Origin: Candidatus Omnitrophota bacterium
GTDB taxonomy: Bacteria; Omnitrophota; Gorgyraeia; S143-82
Direction of reading: 5' to 3'
DNA: 60,327 nt
Assembly (NCBI GenBank): GCA_015494465.1
Contig: WGBD01000011.1
Span: 69,553-129,879 of the forward strand
This document shows positions 9,466-16,789 of this stretch, piece by piece (within the stretch, counting starts at the first letter, position 1; every line of letters starts with the position of its first letter). Position numbers and translations under genes: made by a program. The notes under the pieces are model-generated. The model saw only the letters and a list, made by a program, of their open reading frames with translations. It had not been told where the DNA came from and ran no database searches.

Positions 9466-10306
9466 CTGCCTTCTTCTCCGAAAGCTGTTTTATCTTAGTC
9501 AAAAGCCCGTCTAACGCGGAAAGCGTTTTCTCATCCAACTTGTCCTGATAGATCTTCTTAAATCTCTCGACGGCATCCTGCACCACATCTAACCTACCCG
9601 CACGCAACAAGAGAACTATCTCGGTGCGGAGATTCGCCAACTTTACCGCTACAGGGATCTCCTCATCCGATATAATAGCCTCGAGTTGTTGGATCGCCTT
9701 ATCCCTCTCTCCTCTGGCCAACGCGGTCAAAAACAGGCCCCGCCTGCCCACGAACCTCTTCTTGGGATCTTCGGCGGAGGCCAAATTAGAGTAGAACTGC
9801 TCAGCGCTATCGCAAAGGCCTTCCTGTCCCATCTTCGCCCCTACGAGACAGCGCAGAAAGGGAAACGAGTACCTCACCTGCTCGTTTTCGACCGCCTTCT
9901 CTGCCCGGTTCAATATCCAGAATGCAAGGTCCCAACGATTGAACCTCAGACTCGAGTTAAAGGCGAACCAATACAGCTCCAGCCGTTTTTTTGGATCGTC
10001 GTACTTCAACAGGGACTTGACATCCTCTGACCTGCCCTTTGCCAAGGCCAACAGTATCCTCATCCTTCGCACCGGGATGTCCAGATCCCTCTCCTTAGCA
10101 GTCTGTTCCAGCAACTGCAACACTCCAGACCACTTTTCGTACTCCACATCGGTCATATTCTCGCCGCTGGCTATCACCGGCCGGAGTTTCTGACCGATGT
10201 GGTATATCTCCCTCTCCAAGGCGTAGCGCTTGGAGCACCCAACCGCAGCTAACAAGATCAAGGAGAGCAGGACCCTGCCTGTGTGCTTCTTAGTAGCGGA
10301 CCTCAT
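9437..10306 (-). CDS. Probable lipoprotein, helical-repeat (TPR-like), function unknown
   Basis: Signal sequence with LAAVGC lipobox-like cysteine; the rest is helical and repeat-like. No family recognised. Confidence 0.45.
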   Translation of the reverse strand: MRSATKKHTGRVLLSLILLAAVGCSKRYALEREIYHIGQKLRPVIASGENMTDVEYEKWSGVLQLLEQTAKERDLDIPVRRMRILLALAKGRSEDVKSLLKYDDPKKRLELYWFAFNSSLRFNRWDLAFWILNRAEKAVENEQVRYSFPFLRCLVGAKMGQEGLCDSAEQFYSNLASAEDPKKRFVGRRGLFLTALARGERDKAIQQLEAIISDEEIPVAVKLANLRTEIVLLLRAGRLDVVQDAVERFKKIYQDKLDEKTLSALDGLLTKIKQLSEKKADESPDLPNR

Positions 10307-11063
10307 CTGCCAACCATCCTACCAATACCGCGTGCACGAACACATTGACGACAACAGTCCAGAGATCAAAAACCCCCATGTAGATAAAGACCAGTTCAGG
10401 GTACATCTTAACATAAGTCGAAGCCAGGATCGGGGCCTCTGCGTACAGGATCGGGATAAAAGAGGCAAAGGCCAAGAGCAATAACAAAAAGGCCCTGAAA
10501 AACAGCACCCCCGTCCACCTGAAGCCCTCAAAAAAGCCGATCACCCTTTCCCTCAGCACCATGTAAAACAGAGGGATTACCAATACAGTGTGGATCAAGG
10601 CGTTGAATAGGACCATAACGAGCCACATCCAGGGAAGCGATTTCAGATAGCGAGCGATCAAGGAAGGAAAGGCCTTTTGCCCCAGGAAAAAGATCAACAC
10701 ATACACCAATACATACAAGATCCCCACCCAAAAGCGTACACGAACCCTAGTACCTTTAAGATAATTCCACAGCATGACCACCACAAACAAGGAAGCGATG
10801 GAGAGCAGGATCACATCAAAAAACCAATTCGAAGCCTTGAGCGAGGAATACATCCAAAATATGTGTCCGGGATAATGGAGTGCAACTGGGCCCCAAAAAC
10901 GAGCTATTATAGGCCCGAATACCTTATTAAGGGGCCACTGAACTGCATAGAACAAGAGCAAGGCGTAGAGCCATTTGACGAGGTAAACCAATAAGAAAGG
11001 GACGAATAAAATCGGTCTCTTTATCGGGATGGCTAGAAAAGCAAAGATTCTATCTGCCCGCAT
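10290..11063 (-). CDS. Polytopic inner-membrane protein, function unknown
   Basis: 257 aa with about six long hydrophobic stretches by eye and no motif I can name. It overlaps the downstream lipoprotein gene (9437..10306) by 17 nt and starts 6 nt after the stop of the sugar transferase gene. Confidence 0.5.
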   Translation of the reverse strand: MRADRIFAFLAIPIKRPILFVPFLLVYLVKWLYALLLFYAVQWPLNKVFGPIIARFWGPVALHYPGHIFWMYSSLKASNWFFDVILLSIASLFVVVMLWNYLKGTRVRVRFWVGILYVLVYVLIFFLGQKAFPSLIARYLKSLPWMWLVMVLFNALIHTVLVIPLFYMVLRERVIGFFEGFRWTGVLFFRAFLLLLLAFASFIPILYAEAPILASTYVKMYPELVFIYMGVFDLWTVVVNVFVHAVLVGWLADEVRY

Positions 11064-11068
11064 CTACT

Positions 11069-11731
11069 TCACAGCCCCTTGCTCAAAAGCACATGCTCTA
11101 TTGTATCAAAAAGGATTCGTAAGTCTAACAAAAAACTGGCATTACGAATGTAAAACAGATCGTATCTCAACTTGTGCTTCACATCCTCGATACAAGAATC
11201 GTAGCGATAGCGCACCTGGGCCAGACCGGTAATTCCGGGACGGACCTCCAGTCTCTGCCAGTACCCGGGTATCTTCTCTGCCAGATGACTGGCGATCTCC
11301 GGCCGTTCAGGCCGGGGACCCACCAAGGACATGTCCCCCTTTATCACATTCACCAACTGGGGTAATTCGTCCAAATGGGTTGCTCTAAGAAACCTGCCTA
11401 TCCGCGTCACCCGGGGATCGTTCTGCATCGCCCACACCGCACCGCTGTGCTTTTCTGCGTCCTTCTTCATCGTGCGAAACTTGTATATGGTAAAGACGCG
11501 ACCCCACCGCCCCAGTCTCTTCTGGCGGTATATAATTGGGCCTGGGGAATCCAACCTTACCGCTATCCCTATCAAAACCATCAAAGGCAGAAAGAGCAGG
11601 AAGAGAAAACTTACCACCGCTACATCGAACATCCTCTTTACCGCTGGGTAAATCCCAAAGGGTACACTTAATGTGCTATCCCGTGACACCACACCTACGC
11701 TCATCGATCCACTCCAAAGTCCTCTTTTCAC
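11069..11731 (-). CDS. Small phosphoglycosyl transferase (bacterial sugar transferase family, WbaP C-terminal-domain type)
   Basis: PGPIIYRQKRLG...YKFRTM...DELPQL...GDMSLVGPRP...RPGITGLAQV are the signature blocks of polyprenyl-phosphate sugar-1-phosphate transferases. Confidence 0.9.
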   Translation of the reverse strand: MKRGLWSGSMSVGVVSRDSTLSVPFGIYPAVKRMFDVAVVSFLFLLFLPLMVLIGIAVRLDSPGPIIYRQKRLGRWGRVFTIYKFRTMKKDAEKHSGAVWAMQNDPRVTRIGRFLRATHLDELPQLVNVIKGDMSLVGPRPERPEIASHLAEKIPGYWQRLEVRPGITGLAQVRYRYDSCIEDVKHKLRYDLFYIRNASFLLDLRILFDTIEHVLLSKGL

Positions 11732-14700
11732 AACCCGGCAAAGGAAACCCTCGAGAGGTCAATTCCTCCCTTGGCCTTAACCGTCTGCCCTGCGGTGCGC
11801 CTTAAGATTGAAGAGGCTACCTCGTAGCCTATCGGCCTCCAACCACCGTAGAATGTCAGACCGCCGACCAACTCGCCTCCCAGGCCTTGGGCCATTATCA
11901 CCGATACCAACCAATCCTCCATGAGCCCACTTCCTAAGGCAAGTCTCCTCTCAAAGGTGGCCAGGTGCCACAACCTCTTCATCGCCGAGGCGTCCCGAAA
12001 CTCTGGAGACTCCATCAAGGTCCTCACAGCAGACCTAACCTGATCGGTAAACCCATCCCCATAATACGATTGCATCCTATCCAAGATTCCGTTAAGCTCT
12101 TCTATCTTCCGATAATCCCAAGAGTCATTCAAGACATTAAACCACACGAATTCCACAAAATCCTCCTCGTTCCGGCTAAGCTCCCGCACCGGGAACAACC
12201 ATTCGTTGGCATACCATCCCAGGAAGAGCTTTCCCCTGTGGTAGTACACGCCTATACGGGGCTGGATACCGTATCCCTTCGCACGATAGAAGACCTGGCG
12301 AGAGGCCTTGGCCAATCTCTCAAAACGATCCAAGTCCTTTTTGGTAAACAGGTCTTCGGGCAGAAGGCCACCCTTTACCTTCTTCTGCCAGATCTCGAAG
12401 AAGGACTCCGCCACCCTCACATCCTCTTTGCTGACCTCGAGGATGTCTACCTCGGGGATTTCACCCTCCCACTGCAGGCCGTTTAAAAGCAACAGGGATA
12501 CAAGATACCTGGCGAATACCGGGGACCTCTTCCTTACATGCTCGACAACCCGTCTCCAACTCTTGTAAGAGCGATAATTGTACTCGTCGACATCGTTCAA
12601 GGCCTCCACCAGAAGCAGTTCCCAATCCAATGCCTCCTCCAGCCTTTTCGCCAACTTAGAGGAAACGAAGATCGCTCCTCCCACCACAGAAAGAGCAAGA
12701 AAAGCGGAGATTATAGTTGTCTCATCAACTCCCCTTACAACCAGATAAACCCCCCCTGCCATCAGAAGTAATAAGCCAAGTAGGATATCAAGGTCTATAC
12801 GGCCAGTTGTACGTTCTCCATCACCCTTCTCCTTTCTCTGCTCCTTATCAGTGATGGTATAGCTACCCATCCATAAATTTTTGGCCACCTCTTCCAATCT
12901 CCTATAAAGCTCTTCCCTTTGCTGCATTGTCCCACCCCAAGCACCCAAGTAAGCCGTGCAGCAATATATAGCCATCCTATACTCGTTATCGTTATCGCCA
13001 GGCCTATCAGAAAGCGGAATCTCAACAGAGTTCAAAGGTATACGTATATAAGAGCCATATTGAAATTTTATTTCAAGTACCCCATCCTCCCACGAAATCT
13101 TTCTTACCTTCTTCCCAGCATCTTTCTCTATTTGCTCTATGTCCAATTCCCCATACCCAGGAGAAGTCAATCCATACGCTTCTGCCTCTCGACGAGACAA
13201 AACCTGCTCGAACTCTACTTTTCCTTCCTTCATACTATTACCTTCGATCACATACTCAGCCCTAGCATAGGAAATTGCTACCTTTTTCAATCTTTCATAA
13301 GCTTCCTCCCTATCGTCGAAACTCTCTCCTTTGGCTCCCCACTCTACTTTGACCCTCCAGGAAGTCCAACCCTCTTCCCAACTCTGACTAGCCCTGACAT
13401 GCTGTTTGACTAGCACATAAGAACCATCATTAAATTTTATATATCCATTCCCCAACTCTTTAACTTCTTTACGAGCATCCTGTTCTATCTGTTTTATATC
13501 TTGATCTTTACCAACGCTGGAGCCCCATAGTGAGTCCAGCTCGTCTACATGTGAATAACCATCTAGTTCAAATCTGCCTATCAAGAGCTCTTTCGGGTTA
13601 AAATGCCTCCTCTGCTCCAATTCTTCATTTGCTGCTTTTAATTCCGCCTCAAGTTCCCGCACGGGGTTTACAATCATATTGTTAATCATAACTAAGACCA
13701 ACCCACCACTCATACCAGAAAGTAGCAACGAGACAAGTTTCTTAAGGGCATCCACATCATCTGGTGCGAACTTAACAAATGCAGCTAATTTTCCCATGTG
13801 CAGGAAATCTGCCACATGCCCAATAATAGGAATCAAAAATCCGAACAAATGAGGGAGTAGAAAATAACTTGCCAGTGTCGATACCACAAATCCAAGGAAT
13901 CTAAGTCTAGACAATCGCTTATTAAGCGACCCAAGGTCAACTGCCCCACGATTCTTCCAATCCCCCAAATACCCCCCGTCCAAGAACTTCCGGCCCACTT
14001 CTAACAGTTTGTTCTTGCTCGCCTCGGCGCCTTTCGGATCCTTACCACTGCCTTCCACATAGAGCCTTGCCACCGGCTCGGTCCCGGAGAGCCTTATTGC
14101 AAACCAAGAACCATCTTCAAAGACCACCTTTACCCCGTCCAAAAGCACCACTTCCCTTATCTTCTTACCGGAGTCAGTCTCAATCCTATCCCAATTCACG
14201 AACCCGAATCTGGCCCGCAAATCCCTACGCGGGACCCTGTCTTGTCCTGCGGAGTAGTCCTTGAGGCGGGAGAACAGATCGGAAAGTGTCTTCTTCAGTT
14301 CAGGAGTCAAATTGACATTCTCCCTTTTGTAATCGTAGAACTTGCCAAGCACCTCTTTCTGCACATAAGACACCATCTCGGACATTGCGTTACCGTACTT
14401 CTTGAGAAAGTAGGCCTCCATAAGGACTGCCAAAGTGCTCATCATAATCCCGTCATCCCAGGTCGCGGTCCCCGGCAATCCTACATGGGCGCTCTCCTCC
14501 CCTGCAACCACGAAGTCCTCCGGATCCCAGAACGCCTTCATCCACTTGAATCCAACCTTGGTCTCCTCTGCCCTAGCTCCATAGTGCCGGGCCAGTGCCA
14601 AGGGCAGGTCAGAGGTGGGAACGGTCTTGGCAACTCCACCCTTGCGTCCGATGTCGTTGAAGAAAAACAATACCAGGCCTATGAACTGGTTAGCGGAAAC

Positions 14701-16779
14701 GAAGTTGCCCTTGGAATCTATCACCCCAAACCTGTCCGCATCACCGTCGAGGGCAACCCCCACTGCGGGAGAGGACATCGCCTTCACCTTCTCAGCAAGG
14801 AACCGGGTCCGACTCTGATCAGGCTCGGGATGACTGAGCCCACCGAAGTCCTCGCGGGGATCCAGTTTCAGGTCCTCTCCCTCAAGAACACGATCCTCTC
14901 CGAACATACCTTTTAGGACCTGCAAAATCACCTTACCGCCTGCACCGTGGAGGGCGGTGGGGATTATCTTTATGTCGTTTTCTTTTATATAAGTTATAAG
15001 GTCGCCAATCATCCCTTCGCCGAGACGCCCAGTCAGGGTCTTCTTTACATAATCCACATACCCCCTAATAAGTTCCTCGTGATCTAGGCGGATAGGTTCC
15101 ACCGGCTCAGCCTCGTAAGGCTCCGCAAGATCGTTTATGGACTCGTTCGCCCTACGGGCGAGGAGATCGGTAATCTCCTCTTCCGCGGCACCGCCATCGG
15201 CCGGGGTGACCTTAAACCCGTTGTACTCCGGGGGATTGTGGGAGGCGGTAAAGTTTATCGCAAACAGGGCCTTGTGTTTGGCGACCGCATAGGCCACCTC
15301 CGGGGTGGTAATAGGTTCGTCAAAGTACACGACCGGTATCCCGTAACGGCTGAGAACTTTTACCGCAAGATTCACGAAGTCCTTGCCCATCCTCCGCCCG
15401 TCTCTGGCGATGACCACACCTTCCCTATCACTGCCGTACTTACTCTGGAAGTAGGCCTTGTTCTCCAGGTAAAACCGGGCAAAGCCCTCCAATGCCTTCT
15501 CCATCTTTTTGAGGAATTTCTCTTGCCCTTCTTTATCCTCCGAATCGGGCATAGTGAACCTCCAGCCGGAGGTCCCAAACTTTATGATCTCCTCGGGAGA
15601 AAATGTCTTCTCGTATATCTCGCCTCGGGAATTTATCACCACCGCCTTATCCTTGGCGATAAATACGCCCCTTTCATCCTCCTTAGGGGCCCTAATCCGC
15701 TTGACTTTGCCAGACTTAGTGATAAATATAATCTCGTTACCGAACGGGCCTTTGAGTTTGAGGCCCACCCTACCCGGCGCCTCCGAGACGATTGCCAGAG
15801 GGGCCTGGGGAACAATCCCGGTACTATCTACATCACCGTAGACCCGAAAGGCAACCTGGGCCTTAACCGGTCCCTCACTGAGACCTATCTGGACGAGCTT
15901 GGTATTGGGAGCGGTGCTCAAGGGGGATGGGACCTTCAGCGGGATTACCTTCTCTGGTATCACTGTTCCGTTGAATCCGCCTGCATTCACTACCACAAAA
16001 GAGCTGTCATCTACCGCTCCCCGACGGTACAACTCCGCAAACTCCTTTAAGAAGTCCCTTCGGCTCCAGAAATCCTCACCCCCAGTAGGCAAGGCGTAGT
16101 TATCTACGGTAGCGTCCAAGACGGGAACCTTCCCCCGCAGGTGTTTTTTATACCATACCGCAAGGATCATCGACTGATAGGCCCTTCGAAGATCTGCAAA
16201 CTCCGGGGCGGTGTTCAACTCTTTTTCCAACTCTTCAAGGACACCTTTGAGGTATCCCTCGATCTTCGTCCCACCTTTTCCCTTTATCCTCAACCCTAAA
16301 GAGGCCTTCTCTATCTTGACCTCGTCTCCATCGTAGGTCACCCTTATCTCTTTGGGCTCTATCCACAACCTGAACCTCTGCTCACCCAGGTCCGAGGGCA
16401 TGAGAGACTGGCTGATAAGTTCCATCGCCCGTCTTTTTAACTCCAGGTCCGCAGAGAGCAGGGCCCTTCCCAAGGAGGTATAGGCCAAACCCTTACCCAC
16501 CACCATGGACTCGTCCACCAGGATGTTAAGGTTGACCCACCATTGCTGAGAAGGAACCGCCAAGGCAGTGAGGAAGTAGGAGAGTTCCCGCTTTAAGGCA
16601 TCCTTATCCGTGTTCTCGCTTACACCCAAGACGAATTGCCCATCGCTTATGCGCATACCCAACAAACCCGAGGACGCGGATACCAAAGAGGTGCTAGCCG
16701 AAGTATAAGCCAGTCCCAGTCCTGGCTGATTGAGTACCAAGGCTATTGCCAGAAACATCGAAATCAACCGATTAGACAC
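11728..16779 (-). CDS. Giant (1683 aa) multidomain protein: signal sequence + unknown N-module + alpha-D-phosphohexomutase domain + TM segments + degenerate tandem repeat + TM pair + unknown C-domain
   Basis: The GTG start at 16779 is preceded by AGGAGG, which overlaps the stop of the upstream gene. All PGM/PMM motifs are present: FGTSGWRF (aa 401), Ser loop TASHNPPEYNGFK (aa 511), metal loop DGDADR (aa 678), sugar loop GEESAHVG (aa 760) and phosphate loop RLSGTEPVARLY (aa 896). Hydrophobic stretches lie at aa 959-989, 1015-1037, 1328-1348 and 1355-1374. Confidence 0.85.
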   Translation of the reverse strand: MSNRLISMFLAIALVLNQPGLGLAYTSASTSLVSASSGLLGMRISDGQFVLGVSENTDKDALKRELSYFLTALAVPSQQWWVNLNILVDESMVVGKGLAYTSLGRALLSADLELKRRAMELISQSLMPSDLGEQRFRLWIEPKEIRVTYDGDEVKIEKASLGLRIKGKGGTKIEGYLKGVLEELEKELNTAPEFADLRRAYQSMILAVWYKKHLRGKVPVLDATVDNYALPTGGEDFWSRRDFLKEFAELYRRGAVDDSSFVVVNAGGFNGTVIPEKVIPLKVPSPLSTAPNTKLVQIGLSEGPVKAQVAFRVYGDVDSTGIVPQAPLAIVSEAPGRVGLKLKGPFGNEIIFITKSGKVKRIRAPKEDERGVFIAKDKAVVINSRGEIYEKTFSPEEIIKFGTSGWRFTMPDSEDKEGQEKFLKKMEKALEGFARFYLENKAYFQSKYGSDREGVVIARDGRRMGKDFVNLAVKVLSRYGIPVVYFDEPITTPEVAYAVAKHKALFAINFTASHNPPEYNGFKVTPADGGAAEEEITDLLARRANESINDLAEPYEAEPVEPIRLDHEELIRGYVDYVKKTLTGRLGEGMIGDLITYIKENDIKIIPTALHGAGGKVILQVLKGMFGEDRVLEGEDLKLDPREDFGGLSHPEPDQSRTRFLAEKVKAMSSPAVGVALDGDADRFGVIDSKGNFVSANQFIGLVLFFFNDIGRKGGVAKTVPTSDLPLALARHYGARAEETKVGFKWMKAFWDPEDFVVAGEESAHVGLPGTATWDDGIMMSTLAVLMEAYFLKKYGNAMSEMVSYVQKEVLGKFYDYKRENVNLTPELKKTLSDLFSRLKDYSAGQDRVPRRDLRARFGFVNWDRIETDSGKKIREVVLLDGVKVVFEDGSWFAIRLSGTEPVARLYVEGSGKDPKGAEASKNKLLEVGRKFLDGGYLGDWKNRGAVDLGSLNKRLSRLRFLGFVVSTLASYFLLPHLFGFLIPIIGHVADFLHMGKLAAFVKFAPDDVDALKKLVSLLLSGMSGGLVLVMINNMIVNPVRELEAELKAANEELEQRRHFNPKELLIGRFELDGYSHVDELDSLWGSSVGKDQDIKQIEQDARKEVKELGNGYIKFNDGSYVLVKQHVRASQSWEEGWTSWRVKVEWGAKGESFDDREEAYERLKKVAISYARAEYVIEGNSMKEGKVEFEQVLSRREAEAYGLTSPGYGELDIEQIEKDAGKKVRKISWEDGVLEIKFQYGSYIRIPLNSVEIPLSDRPGDNDNEYRMAIYCCTAYLGAWGGTMQQREELYRRLEEVAKNLWMGSYTITDKEQRKEKGDGERTTGRIDLDILLGLLLLMAGGVYLVVRGVDETTIISAFLALSVVGGAIFVSSKLAKRLEEALDWELLLVEALNDVDEYNYRSYKSWRRVVEHVRKRSPVFARYLVSLLLLNGLQWEGEIPEVDILEVSKEDVRVAESFFEIWQKKVKGGLLPEDLFTKKDLDRFERLAKASRQVFYRAKGYGIQPRIGVYYHRGKLFLGWYANEWLFPVRELSRNEEDFVEFVWFNVLNDSWDYRKIEELNGILDRMQSYYGDGFTDQVRSAVRTLMESPEFRDASAMKRLWHLATFERRLALGSGLMEDWLVSVIMAQGLGGELVGGLTFYGGWRPIGYEVASSILRRTAGQTVKAKGGIDLSRVSFAGL
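12871..13506 (-). repeat. Degenerate protein-level tandem duplication (two units of about 90 aa) inside the giant gene
   Basis: Unit 1 is aa 1092-1178 (DIKQIEQDARKEVKEL..YIKFNDGSYV...REEAYERLKKVA). Unit 2 is aa 1211-1303 (DIEQIEKDAGKKVRKI..LEIKFQYGSYI...REELYRRLEEVA). The similarity is visible in protein only, not as a DNA repeat. Confidence 0.55.
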
Positions 16780-16789
16780 ACCACACCTC

